Source: Basidiobolus meristosporus CBS 931.73
Taxonomy: Eukaryota > Fungi > Basidiobolomycota
Assembly: GCA_002104905.1 (NCBI GenBank)
Contig: MCFE01000275.1
Coordinates: forward strand, 1-64,000
DNA: 64,000 nt
Direction of reading: 5' to 3'
Each line of letters starts with the position of its first letter. The first letter of the stretch is position 1. The notes below the pieces were generated by a model. That model was not told the origin of the DNA, made no database searches, and saw only the letters and a list, made by a program, of their open reading frames with translations. Shown here piece by piece: positions 50,992-64,000 of this stretch. The translations under genes and the position numbers were made by a program.

Positions 50992-53382
50992 AAACCAAGA
51001 CATGTAGTGAATATATGTCCCAGGTTGTATGTAACTCAGCTCATAGAAGGCTGTTTAGGAGGCTTAGACTGCAAATATACACAATGGTCATTTTCTTGCA
51101 AGGATTTCTCACAAAAAAGCTACAAATACCTGATGATAGTGTGGAAATCAGTATTAAGGGTACAGCTCTGAAATTTATCATTCTATAGAATTAGAAATGA
51201 ATAATGACATGGTATACATGTACTCCTAGTTGTCCTGTGTATATACAAAATACAAAGCACAGCCACGTGCTCATTGAATCTATTAAAAAGAATAGAATGT
51301 TCTAGTAAGTGGCATTACTAGAAGAAGAAATAGTTCTTTTTAAATTTCCATGCAGTTACTGTGAGTGAGCGCTGTCTCTGCTATGAGAGGAACTAGGTTG
51401 TGGCAAACATCAGAAGCAGGATATATAGAGGTAATTAGAGTAGTTACCTGTAAGATGAAAGCATTGATAGTATCAATGCCATCATAAAAGCTGCACATAA
51501 TGGTGTAGTTGCCATTATAGTTGCAAGACATTGAATAATAGAGAAATACGATGTTGAAAGGAGGATTCAAGTCCCAGAGATTTCATGCTATACTACACTT
51601 GGTACTACTTTGTTTGAGGAAATAGAGGCAAATGCACATGGAACTGTAAATATTCGATGTAAACAATGGCAGGGAATGGGAATTCTTCGGAAATTCTCAC
51701 AAGATAATCACTTTGCTAAATTGGCTCGTACTCACGCTACTTTGAAGTTAGGTAGGAGCTCGTAGCAAACGGCCAAATGGATATGGGGTAACCTATCGCC
51801 ATGTCCATTGATGAATTACGAACTGTCCAGTTGAGAAAGTGGAATATGTCTATTGAAGTTGGTATGGACAGTGTTCAATCAGCTGAAATGTTGTGTATTC
51901 TTACTCTGCCTTCGTTGTACTGGAGCCATCCAAGGAATGGATCTTTCCAAAAAAAACGCCGGATTGAGCTTTTCGCACCCATTCCCATCCTAGTTCAAGC
52001 GTGTGCTACACCAAGTTCAACAAGCCTACCAAGGCCTCGTTCTAATCCCCTTCGAAGCAAATGGCGTGATGTATCTCTGTTCAGGTTAGGAAGGTTGGTT
52101 GCGATATAAAGTGGCCTCAATAGGACCTATATGAAGCTTGAACCGGTCGTGGATAATGTTAGCCATTCGAATGTCTCGGATTCTACTCGAAACTGCCTTA
52201 ATGTGGCTCTGTTTCAGTCCCGACCTCCAAAGAACATGTATCTATGATACTATGAATGCATAGTGTGGTAAGTGAGGATTCGTTTTTGCTGGTGGGAAAA
52301 GTAGATAGGACAATGAACGAATCAGGATGCTTCTACGAATGTTAAATCCAGTTAGCTTCGTGTTTTTGCGCTTTTAAAGCAACTTCGGGATTCTCAGTTA
52401 ACCAACTGAATAAAGCACGTATAGAAGTACTCACGATATTCATCATGTGATAAATCGATCGGCAGTACACAAAACGTCGTGAATATTCGCGGTGATGAAA
52501 TCTAGCAAAGCCCAATCTCTCTAGCTTGGCCTCACTCCGCCTGCAGTTGAGAACTGGTTAACAGTAAATTACCTTTATAACGACGCTTTGCGGAGCAGAG
52601 AACATGGTAGCTGCTCTTTTTGTGACAAAGTGACTGACGCAGGTCACCCATGCTTCCTTTCGTTACCTATTGATGTTCATATTATTGCTTGAAGAGAAAC
52701 CTCGGGTGTTGGTGAGCATATCAAGCTGGATACTTTGTAGCCGAATCAGGTCGCTACTGAGCAACTATACTACTGTTAGTAGAAATGCATTACATGACAT
52801 ATGCATGGTGAGTAGCTTGGATCCTGTTGAATCGCTACCTGGAACCGGTTCGGTTTTCAAAGCATCAGCTACAGCATAGCGTCTACTCACGATTAAAATC
52901 AGCCAGACCATGGACAAGGATAGAAATACCAGAAATCGAAACAGTCCATGATCTTCTCGTGCTGGTATTCATTTATGATTATCTGGTACAACAGTGACAT
53001 GTTTGGCAAACGCAAGTGACCTTGTGCCCTTTAGGGCAAGATCTGTTAAGCTTGGTATGGTTTTGGCAAATGATCGTACATGCTAATCACGTTATTTGGG
53101 TTATATTTGTATTTTCAAGCCATTGGCGAGGGGAAATTTCTCAGACCTTTCCCATTTTGAGGATCTATGAGAAATTACTGTACCTTTCTAAAACAAGTTA
53201 GCCATTCGTAAGGAATCGCTTGCTACTAGGCAACACTCATGGAAACGTATATCAAATACAATCAGTATTGTAATAACGGCTGGAGAGAGATAACGACACT
53301 ACATCGATTGCGGTGCCCATTCGACATACAAAAGAGCAACAACTATAAAATTCCAACGAATGCCCAGGGTATTCCCATCAAA

Positions 53383-54999
53383 ATGCGCTACTCTACTCTC
53401 CTCTCCTTGATTCTTTTATCCGCCTCTAGCGTCTTCTCGGCCCCAGTTACCGAGTTTCTGGCCCGCCCTGTCCGCTACGACAACCACAAGCTGATCCAGC
53501 TGAAGCGCTCCGACGCCGCTCTAGATTTCATTAGCAAGAACAACCTGGACATCTGGCACAAGGCGTCCGATGTCCTCCATGTTCGCGCATCTCCCAAAGA
53601 CCTGGAGAGCCTTGCCGAGTTCTCCCCCGAGGTCCTGATCGAGAACATCCAGGAAAGCATTGATCTCGAGACAAAGTCGTTGAAGCAAGCTGCCCTCGCC
53701 AAACGTGCGGTGGACGATGCCACCTGGTTCCAGAGCTACCACACCTTCACCGACATTGTCCAATGGCTGCAGAATCTCTCCCAGAAGTACCCTGACCTGG
53801 TGACCCTTGTTCCTTCCATCGGCAAGACCACCCTCGGAAAGGACATCCCCGCCCTCAGGATAACCAGCAAAAACGGCGCAACAAAGAAGAAGTTCTGGTT
53901 CCAGGGACTCCAACATGCCAGGGAATGGATCGCCACCACCACCATGCAATACGTGGCCGACGGGCTTGCCTCGGGATATGCCACGGATGCGAGCACCAAG
54001 AAGCTTCTCGACGAGGCCGAGATCATCATCATTCCAGTCTCGAATCCCGATGGCTACGAATACACCTGGAATGGGGATCGTTTGTGGCGCAAGAATCGTC
54101 GCAACAACGGCGGCGGAGTCTACGGAGTAGACACGGTAAGTATCATGTTCAGGTATATGGTGAAGTGCGACCAGCCATGGGGATGTGCGCGGTGGTGGAC
54201 TGCAGTGATGGGGCAGATAAAGACTACGTGATGTAGAGCAAGGGGATATCGAGCGTTAGGGGACGTCATCGAGCCCCATACCTCTTGCTGGTAACGGCAG
54301 CTCGGCCACTCCTACGTGGAAGTCCCCCAACGGCCCACTCTATTCCATCTCTCTTGACGGGAGTGTTGCAAGGACACCCTAATGTCCACCACTGCCCTCC
54401 CCCCCACTGGTGTCGCACACTTGCCAGCAAGCAACAACCGGAATACTGAACATATTTTTGATGTGTAGAACAGAAACTGGCCTGATCATTGGAACAAAGG
54501 AGGCTCCTCTACCAATCCCCGAGATGAGACCTATATGGGACCATCCGCCGGTAGCGAGCCTGAAGTGAAGGCATTGATTAACTACTATTTCCAGCAAACT
54601 GGAATCGTGGGTGCCATTGATTACCACTCCTACAGTGAGTTGATCATGTGGCCATATGGCTGGACTTACACCGATCCCGCTACTGTGGCACCCTATACTA
54701 CATTGGCCAAGAATATGAAGAGTGCCATTCGTGGTGTAAATCCTAATGAGCAGTATGTTGCCCAACAGATCAGTGATCTGTATATTGCATCAGGCAGTGC
54801 TGCAGATTGGTTCTATAGTGATGAGGTTCTTCAGAAGCAGAAGTTCCGAAGCACTTCATTGACTGTAGAACTATCTCCCAAGCAGAATAACCCCGGATTT
54901 GTTCTTCCACCCCAGAACATCATCCCTGTAGGAAAGCAAACTTTGGCGTCTCTCAAGGTGTTCATTAACAGTGTTCTTGCCAACCCCATCAACACTTAA
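53383..54999 (+). CDS. Secreted M14A zinc carboxypeptidase A-like preproprotein (copy A); exons 53383..54135 and 54469..54999
   Basis: Signal peptide, propeptide, HAREW, RKNR, VDT|NRNW across a GTAAGT..TAG intron, DYHSY, LYIASG and VEL. Confidence 0.93.
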
Positions 55000-57056
55000 C
55001 TGATTTGAAATGAGGAACATTATCGTCGTTCCAATTAACGTATGAAACTTGAATCCTACGATTCAAAATAAATGACTTAACAGTGCTATACCTTTGTCAG
55101 ATAAATAGTAATATTCCTCAAATACTACTGCAACCTTAACCTAGCTGTACTTCAATACTGGGCCTGTACTAGTGCTATGTATGTTGCTACTCATTTTTTG
55201 ATATTGGTACGAAGGAATAGCAGTGCTATATCGAGCGAGCAATCGAAGGCATAACATACTCCTCAGATTCGAGTACCAATAGATGCACACTTCACTGCAC
55301 ACATGCCGCTACTTTTACAACAGCGGTATTAACCCTAACAGTTTGGTTCATTTTCTTTGGTGGTGTTGTTTACAAGATGTCTTCAATAATCAATTAAAAA
55401 GCATTTCTACAAGGAATGTCAGTAGAAGTATTCACATGTGATTCCTATATGATTGTTGCGTATCGGGTGGATCTAATGCGGAAATACGAAGCTCCGTGTG
55501 CATCAGCTTTTGGCCACGAATTTTCCAGCGAGTGCGTACTCTATGAATGCAATTATTGAGTGAAGTGTTTCATTGCCAACGGGCACAATATTCTCAGCCG
55601 GTAGTATGAAGTTGGATACTCCCTGCTGATCAGCAGGCGAAAGCTCTACTGCTATCGAGATGCCATGAAATCCTTGAGCTTGAGAGACATGATCACCATA
55701 GAACCAGTCGGATGAACTTCCCGAAGCGATATACAGTTTGCTAATTTGCTGAAGCTGGTACCGTTCTTGGGGATTTACATGTTGTATAGCATTTTTCATG
55801 GTTTTTCCAAGTAGAATATATTGAGAGACTGCCATGGGATCCATGTCTATCCATGCATACGGCCACATGATTAGCTCACCGTAGGAGTGGTAATCAATGG
55901 CCCCAACAATATTACCTAGTTGAAGGAAGTAGTTCATCAACGCCCTCACTTCAGGCTCGCTACCGGCGGATGGTCCCATATAGGTCTCATCTCGGGGATT
56001 GGTAGAGGAGCCTCCTTTGTTCCAATGATCAGGCCAGTTTCTGTTCTACACATCAAAAATATGTTCAGTATTCCGGTTGTTGCTTGCTGGCAAGTGTGCG
56101 ACACCAGTGGGGGGGAGGGCAGTGGTGGACATTAGGTTGTCCTTGCAACACTCCCGTCAAGAGAGATGGAATAGAGTGGGCCGTTGGGGGACTTCGACGT
56201 AGGAGTGGCCGAGCTGCCGTTACCAGCAAGAGGTATGGGGCTCGATGACGTCCCCTAACGCTCGATATCCCCTTGCTCTACATCACGTAGTCTTTATCTG
56301 CCCCATCACTGCAGTCCACCACCGCGCACATCCCCATGGCTGGTCGCACTTCACCATATACCTGAACATGATACTTACCGTGTCTACTCCGTAGACTCCG
56401 CCGCCGTTGTTGCGACGATTCTTGCGCCACAAACGATCCCCATTCCAGGTGTATTCGTAGCCATCGGGATTCGAGACTGGAATGATGATGATCTCGGCCT
56501 CGTCGAGAAGCTTCTTGGTGCTCGCATCCGTGGCATATCCCGAGGCAAGCCCGTCGGCCACGTATTGCATGGTGGTGGTGGCGATCCATTCCCTGGCATG
56601 TTGGAGTCCCTGGAACCAGAACTTCTTCTTTGTTGCGCCGTTTTTGCTGGTTATCCTGAGGGCGGGGATGTCCTTTCCGAGGGTGGTCTTGCCGATGGAA
56701 GGAACAAGGGTCACCAGGTCAGGGTACTTCTGGGAGAGATTCTGCAGCCATTGGACAATGTCGGTGAAGGTGTGGTAGCTCTGGAACCAGGTGGCATCGT
56801 CCACCGCACGTTTGGCGAGGGCAGCTTGCTTCAACGACTTTGTCTCGAGATCAATGCTTTCCTGGATGTTCTCGATCAGGACCTCGGGGGAGAACTCGGC
56901 AAGGCTCTCCAGGTCTTTGGGAGATGCGCGAACATGGAGGACATCGGACGCCTTGTGCCAGATGTCCAGGTTGTTCTTGCTAATGAAATCTAGAGCGGCG
57001 TCGGAGCGCTTCAGCTGGATCAGCTTGTGGTTGTCGTAGCGGACAGGGCGGGCCAG
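53458..57056. repeat. 1111-bp inverted repeat pair (53458..54568 and 55946..57056), spacer 1377 bp
   Basis: Base-for-base reverse complement; I found only two differences, both in the intron. Confidence 0.95.
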
Positions 57057-57131
57057 GAAGTCAGTAATCGGAACCGATAAGGTAGATACTATTAATGTGA
57101 TGAGACACAAGGTGAAAACTATCATGCGCAT
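55503..57131 (-). CDS. Secreted M14A zinc carboxypeptidase (copy B); exons 57131..56379 and 56045..55503
   Basis: Same motifs and same 333-nt intron as copy A; it has its own signal peptide and a divergent C-terminal region of about 145 aa. Confidence 0.93.
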
Positions 57132-57640
57132 TTTGCAGGTCCTTCTGTCGTGTCCGCCTATATATAGCTATCTCTCATACTTCGTTTGCAATTTCCTTTG
57201 CTCGACAGGAAGCCCCAGCCCAGCAAGTGGGCAATGTCGGCTAGTGTACGTGTGATCAAAATAGGCATTGTCTTACATAGGATCCATAGCTCCATTTGGA
57301 GCGCGGAGATAGATTCGATGGTATTTGGTGGATTTCCAACGGTGTAACATCTAAACCCATAGGACTAACCCTTTTATAGGCTTTGATAAACCTTACCATG
57401 CAACGCTCATCTCCTGGACCAAACTGAACGCTGTCATATGTATCTAAACTTGAAGATAAATCCCGATTTAGAATCTTAAACCAACGAGTTGGCATGCATT
57501 GCTGATTTGATTGGGCTTTGAGGTAAAAACACACTTTTGCAGCTACAAACATATCATCTGGCGATGAATCACATGAAGCGCGCGGTAAGCCCAATCTATA
57601 TATCATCTGTGCGAATAGACCTACCTTTGTAACCTCGGCA

Positions 57641-58504
57641 ATGAACTCTTCTCATGATGGTAAGTGGAAGTAACTGCATACATGAATTGTAAAGAGTAAA
57701 CGAAGTACTCATCTGTGAGCAATTGTGCTTCATTCCAACAAGATCGTAGGCTTTTGGCCTGGTTCCAATCCGTTGATAGGTAGGACGAATATGATAGATC
57801 ATCTCATGGGGAATTCTATGAACTAAACTTCTTGTTCAGGGACAATTCAGGAGATATTACTGCCCAAGAACTCCAAGTTGCTTTGTCAAACGGTACCTTT
57901 GGCATTTTCTGTAACATGTAACGTTGCTTCTAACATCTGCTAATGTTGCTAGGAAGCTGGACGCCTTTTAACATGGAGACGGTTCGCTTGATGATCAACA
58001 TGTTTGATCGTGACCATAACGGCACCATCAACTACCAAGAGTTTGCTGGTTTATGGCGCTATATTGAAGACTGGCAAAAATGCTTCCTAGGCTTCGATAA
58101 AGATCACAGCGGATACATCGACGCACAAGAGCTGCAGGACGCTCTGAGAGCCTTTGGTTACAATCTCACACCACAGTTTGTTCGCCTATTGATCCTGAAA
58201 TACGACAGCAGAGGTACTTCTTTAACACATACGTACATATAAATTGAGCACTCCACGGTATGGAAACTTACGCTCATGGGTGATATTCTAGGTAAAGGAG
58301 ACGTGTCCTTTGACAATTTTATTCAGATTTGTGTGACCATCCGCTCGCTAACTGAATCGTTCCGTCGCTTCGATACCGATAGTGACGGGTGGATTCTCAT
58401 TAATTACGAACAGGTAAAAGCAAATATGTGCTACCCTCCTGATGTATTATTAACGATGTTAACAAATGCACCAGTTCTTAGAACTCGTTCTCTCCAACCG
58501 TTAG
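57641..58504 (+). CDS. PEF1: Penta-EF-hand protein (ALG-2/peflin family), 6 exons, about 175 aa
   Basis: Exons 57641-57659, 57743-57779, 57840-57892, 57953-58213, 58292-58413 and 58475-58504 splice to WFQSVDRDNSGDI..MFDRDHNGTI..FDKDHSGYID..FDTDSDGWI..YEQFLELVL. Confidence 0.88.
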
Positions 58505-59230
58505 ACCACTTGGTGAAGTCCGTATGGTTTTCTAGATAGATCTGTAGCTATTGCGTCTAGGAAGCCTTCACTGACTAGCGTATCCCCGATTATTAATTAA
58601 AAGTTCATCCCTGCCTTCGGTGTAACTAGGAACGGATGGGCTTAGCATGTATCATGACTAGCAATAGCAGTATTTGATTGAGTGAAATAAATAGCGCTGT
58701 CCATGTCCCATTCAAGAGAGCGACCACGGCTGATCTAGGTTATTTTCGCGGGTAGAGAAGGAGCGGGCACGCTTTCGACGGACTGGCTTCTACTATATTG
58801 TACAAGGGCCCATCTGACGCACTTGCCAGACACCCGTCTGGATAGCAACCATGTACATGAAACCACCATTTTCCCGCTTCTGCTATTTATAGCCAGCAAG
58901 CCAACCAGCCCTGATATTGCCCTCTTTGCGCCCATTACAATCAATGGTAGATGTCGGGCACCCCCTGAATCGATGGTAATGGTCGCCAATCTCCACCGAA
59001 AATGAAACTACCACCGGCTGCTGAGAACCACGTGGAAGCCCTAGTCTGCAGTAATGCGAAACCTCTCAGCATCCTTTATTGGCAAACACCAAATAAATTA
59101 CACCAGTCCACTGATAAGCAGAGTTCTGCAAACACATTTTGGCATTTATGGTTCCCCATAGTGCATCCAAGTATGTTATTATGATGCAGATCTTTGTCCA
59201 GCTGGAAGAATTCCTATGGAATGGGTTGCT

Positions 59231-60565
59231 TCACGCATCACGGTCAGGCTCTGACTCTACCCAGCTTTTGAGGTAGTCAATGAGCACTGCACCAAATATC
59301 AGCTGCTCAGCGTGATAAACCAGCAACGGGATGGTCATCACACCAATATTCGGGTTACCTTCAAAAAGGAGGTTTAATAGCGGGACACCTAGGCTGACCT
59401 GCAACTTGTTAAGCCTTGTCATGGTGAACAAACGTTCGACAACACATACCGTTTTGGTTCCTGCACACATCATAATGGCGACGGTATCAGGACGAGAAAA
59501 GCCAAGAGCTGGGATCCTCGAAACAAGGAAGGAGAAGCTGTTGAAGATTGCAAAAAATACCGCATCAAGTGCAATAACTGATGCCAAAGAACCTAAACCA
59601 ATCTGGAGCTCTTTGTTGGAAAAGGTATCACAGAAAACACTCCAGATCAAAATAATCAAACTCAGACTATTTAAAGTGGAGAAATTGATCTTGCTTTGTA
59701 GATAGGCCACTCCATTTGGAGTCGCAAGTTGGATGATCTGTCCAATAATAACTGGGAGTATTACAGTTAGCCCCAACTCTAAAAATACCCTCAACAATCC
59801 AACGGAAGTATCTGAGCCAGTGTGTGGAACTAGAGATTCATCGATCAACCCGTAGAAAAGCAAAGGCGAGATAAAAACGCCGAGGACATTTCCAAGGGTG
59901 GCATTGGTCAACGCCGCAGATTCGTTCCCAAGCGCAGATTTGGTCATGACAACGTTGGAAGAGATCGTTGTTGGTGTGGAAGACATGACAATAAGGCTGA
60001 AGTGATTTTTTAGCATGGCTTGAAACGATATAACAGTTCCATGGCCTTTAAACATACCCAGCTAGAAGATACTTGTTGATCGGAGTCAAATTTAGTAGTC
60101 TTGAGACACCATATACAAAGAAAGGGATAAGGAAGAGCGATATAATTTGCACCACTAAGTGAAAGTACGCATTAAGACACTACGCATAAAGAATGGCTCA
60201 GTAAGTAATAACACTTGCCTGTGTGAAGCCGCCACATTAAAAGAGTACGTGCAAGGACTCTGGTCTTCATGGAGAGGCCGCTCAGAAGGAATATCAAGAA
60301 AACAACTCCGTATTTAACGGTATATTCTACACAAGGTTAAAAGGTATTCTCAGACTTGAACATAAGGAATGTAAAAACCTGTCTTTAGAGGGCCGCCTTT
60401 TCTACCCAGACTAGGGTAGAGATAAGCAAATAATATTCCGCACATGAGAGTGGCCAAAAACCACTGCCTCTTGAGGCTTGCAACCAATCTGTTGGTTCTT
60501 GTACCGTCCGAATCGGAACCAGTGGTCTTAGGTAGTAACGGAGCCCTGACAGAAGCTTCCACCAT
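59231..60565 (-). CDS. SBF-like sodium/bile-acid symporter family membrane protein (SLC10A7/RCH1-like), spliced
   Basis: KRQWFL..LFAYLYPSLGRKGG, PTTISSNVVMT..GNESAAL..LGNVLGVFISP and VSLGVPLL..YH. Internal exon boundaries were not fully resolved. Confidence 0.88.
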
Positions 60566-62117
60566 GTTGAAGAATATCAGTTACAAGAGGAGATGGAGCA
60601 GAGTGATGCTTTTTATCCCAAAATTGACCATCGTAGCTCAGATAATCTGATTTGCATATAACCAGACATCGGATTAGTCCTGCAAGCCAGGAAAAGTCGA
60701 CAAACCCTCAAATTATATTAAAACAAACGATAAAAATAGTGAGCAATAAGGTGTAGCATCCTACTATAGAGATTGCATACCAAATACTCCAACTGAAAAA
60801 GTGATTCAGAGATCCAAATTGAGATATTCTCCATATGACTCAGATGCATGGTTCGGTCATACTATATCCAGTTGTATGCACCATACAACATCAATGAATC
60901 AGCAATCCCCAAACCACATTTTCCCACCAAAATTCGACCACGGTTAGCATTTGGTAAACTCATCGACCATATGACAGCAAGAGCCCTCTCTACTCTCCCT
61001 TGGTAGCTTGGCCCAATTACAGCTACGCATGTATGAACAGTCAATATCTTTAGCGTAGGTTGTTGAATTCTAACTGGTGTAGAGATAGCAAACGTCCTGA
61101 GGCCGGTTATGCTAGAGATAGAGATGCGACCTAAGGAACGTGCCCGTCGAGCCGTTGGAATTGTGTTATTGGCCTGGCTCATTTTTAGAGAATCAGAAGA
61201 GAATCACTGAATGCCTTGGGCTGGAGCAATACACAGAAACCATGGAACTATAAACGTAGATATATATACAATATTGTGAGGTTCATTTGAGTAACTTCAA
61301 GTTTGAGCTGTTGAGTCGACATGCTAGGCATCACCTGCCGAAATAAATGCCGTCCTCGTCAATGTAGTTTACATGGAGTCACAAGTACACTATGGAAGAG
61401 CAGAGCAGGCTAAAGGAGAAGCTCTGCTGAATATGAATATACGATACAGTGTAGCATTAGCTTTGGCTATCTACGCGTACTATAGGGGTGCGTCACTACT
61501 GTGCTTTCTATAGGGCGGCAACCATGCTGATCTGCTCCAGTGTTTTCCTTGCTTGTTTCGGCCATATATATATATCGATATAAAGCTGGGTATTCAGCAC
61601 CAGGAAAGCTATTTACATACCTGAACCAATGCTAACCGAGATAGCGCCCTTCTGCCTGACGCGCGCTCTCGAAAATGGTGTTTATCTGAAATGGCTGTTG
61701 GCTAAATTTTTTACTCCACTACTGGCTCGCAAAAATGGCTAGGATCCCGCGCTTGTTCGCGTCGTGATGGAGTGGATGAGCATGATTCTGAAATCTCGAG
61801 TGGGCTCGGGATGAATCGCTTTGATCTCCATTTTGGTTGGAAATTTTCGACAAATTCTTCGTGAAGATTGCGTATGATTTATTCACTTATTATTCAGATT
61901 CTTATTGAATGCTCGATTTCACCTGAATCACGTGACTTGGGTAGCAATACGAGGAAAATAATGATGATTAGCTCTAAAACCCCTGACGGTTTTTAATTCA
62001 TGATAGAAGCTTCTGCTCCAGTTTACTATTCTTTGAGCTTATATTGTTTTTTTTACAAAGTTCCAACTTTCATATTTTCAAAGTAAAACATAGGTTTTAA
62101 CTACAACCTGTGCTATC

Positions 62118-64000
62118 ATGGTGTTCCCCACTTCCATTATTACAAACGATCTGGTCGCTACTTGGGACGCAGCAGGAAAATCACAGGCGTAAGTTTACTA
62201 CATTTACCAGTTCCAACACGGATTCGAGATCGCTACTGAGAAACTCGCGATTCGTATGAGACCATTAAAACCACTGTGAGTCCTTTCTAACACCCTGTCG
62301 GCTTTTTCAATGAATGAAGATTACAAAAAATCCATGAGTTACTTAACCAATCCGCCCCCAATGCAACTGTTGCCCCTTTGTCACGTGCGATTCACGAAAG
62401 TCTGTACAAATTTGTGAAATTTAACCAACTGACCGCTCCGGAAGTGGTATCCTTTCTGCAAGACATACATCAAGAACATGGTTCGAAACAAGACATTGGA
62501 GCCTCCATCATCGATACCATCTGGCTGTTAGACATGGAGACTGAGGAGCCTGAATTCAAGACTGAAAGACAGAGATTAGTCGAAGTAACCAAAGCCGTTT
62601 TGGTAAGTGTCATTCTATCAATGTGATCTTTTACTTTTACTCAAACTATGTCTCGCTACTAGAACAAAGATTTCATATCAACTGTCATGATGAAAGAGCG
62701 TTTGGAAATGCAGTTTTTGGAGACCGTTGGGCTTATCGCTTCGTTTAGAATGTTTAACAAAAAAGCCATTCGAATCAACACATCACTACTGTACGTTACC
62801 AAAACTATTGCGCTGTGTATCATTGATTCTTTTGTATTAACCTGCTGCATATTTTTCCAGATATAAGCAGCAGAAATTCAACCTGTTACGCGAAGAGTCC
62901 GAGGGATATGCAAAATTGATCACCGAATTGACATCCCGCATTGATTCATCTTTTGATAGTCAAGAGGAGTCCGCCATACAAGAGAGAGTTGATGAAGTGT
63001 TGCAGAACGTTATGACTTTAATCGGTACTTTGTTTTTAAATCGTGTCGCTGCGTGTGTGTGTGTTTTACTTACCTTCATCCTTCGAAGGCTATTTTGACC
63101 TTGATCCTAACAGAGTGCTCGATGTGATTTTGGAAGTTTTTATCACCAATGTCGCCAAGCATTATCGTTTCTTTCTCGCACTCTTGAAAAAGTCTTCTTG
63201 GTTACCGCGAGTGTCACAAGCCCCTGTTAGGTCTAATGTTGATAGTATACCGGTTGACTCGATGCTCGGATCAGGAGAGGTCGGAAGCAAAGTGTGCGGC
63301 CAAATCCTAGGCTTCAAATACAGCTATTACTCCGTACGAATGAATCTTTCACAATTATTCAGCGATCTGTTCTTAATCTTGTTTGGTTGATTTCTAGAAT
63401 CCTGACGTGGAAGAGGAGACTCCCGAGGAACTATACGCCGTTACTGCGCTGCTTATCAAGGAGGGCTTTGTTGACTTGAGCGATATTTATCCTCATGTAA
63501 GAAATACCTTTTATGGTGTAATTTCCCATACTATTACCTAACCTCTTGATTTATAAAGTTATCACCAGAGGACCAAGAGGTTGAAAACGAATACAAGAAG
63601 TTCAAAGACAAAATGGATGATCAGGCCTTCAGTGCTGGATCGAACGCACTCACGGTATACTCTAGTGAGCTGTAAGATTGTTATCACGGTTAAGTAATAT
63701 TTAACTTAATGCAGATGATGACCGCATTGGTTGATGATGATGCTGGAGATGGAAGTGGCGGCTCAATCCTCAGTACCAATGAAGCTGAAATTCCAGAGGT
63801 TCGTTCGATATTTTTCGATCTTCAGCTTTTGTGCTAAATTTTATATCGACTAGTCCGCAGCACCTCCACGGCCTCTTCCCAACCACAAAGCGGGTTTAAC
63901 GGCGGCCTTGCTCGCTTTAGGAGATCTACAACACGCTTCATTCTTCTTATATAAATTCCCGAACATGAGTGCTACGCAGCCCGATGTTGCCGATAACTTA
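62118..64000 (+). CDS. THO2: THO complex subunit 2, 5' part, multi-exon, truncated by the window end
   Basis: [19 protein letters not shown] and [12 protein letters not shown] signatures across short GT..AG introns. The ATG at 62118 is inferred. Confidence 0.88.

Noticed and set aside
53239-53382. 48-aa extension upstream of the carboxypeptidase A signal peptide
   Set aside because: It contains a TATA-like tataaaa, and the signal peptide starts at 53383, matching the length of copy B.
53475-54032. Antisense and alternate-frame ORFs over the carboxypeptidase genes (mirrored at 56384..57039)
   Set aside because: These are expected shadows of C-rich third codon positions. They appear twice only because they lie in the inverted repeat.
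54136-54468. Box C/D snoRNA in the carboxypeptidase intron
   Set aside because: Only imperfect C-box-like words (gtgatgt, gtgatgg) and an isolated ctga are present, with no terminal stem.
60862-61182. 106-aa minus-strand ORF between the transporter and THO2
   Set aside because: No motif or splice support; it may be chance.

Overview
Eukaryotic, intron-containing fungal-type DNA; an early-diverging fungus is my inference and cannot be assigned from the sequence alone. It has two compartments. 1 to about 43.2 kb is a CpG-depleted nest of decayed transposons: one full-length chromodomain Ty3/Gypsy element with matched LTRs and TSD, several copies of a second Gypsy family, two Ty1/Copia families, two CACTA-like transposase remnants, solo LTRs and a 736-bp foldback palindrome. 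About 43.2 to 64 kb is CpG-normal host DNA: a C-factor-like SDR, nested solo LTRs, two convergent M14 zinc carboxypeptidase genes, a penta-EF-hand gene, an SLC10A7/RCH1-like transporter and the 5' part of THO2. The most striking signal is the carboxypeptidase pair. The genes share a 1111-bp nearly identical inverted tract, including a 333-nt intron, while their C-terminal specificity halves are only about 55% identical, giving a gene-conversion or potentially invertible cassette. The chromovirus carries a Tf1-type self-priming site, a -1 frameshift signal and heat-shock elements. LTR family letters (A-E) are my own labels. All alignments and counts were done by eye. No CRISPR, rRNA or tRNA genes were seen.
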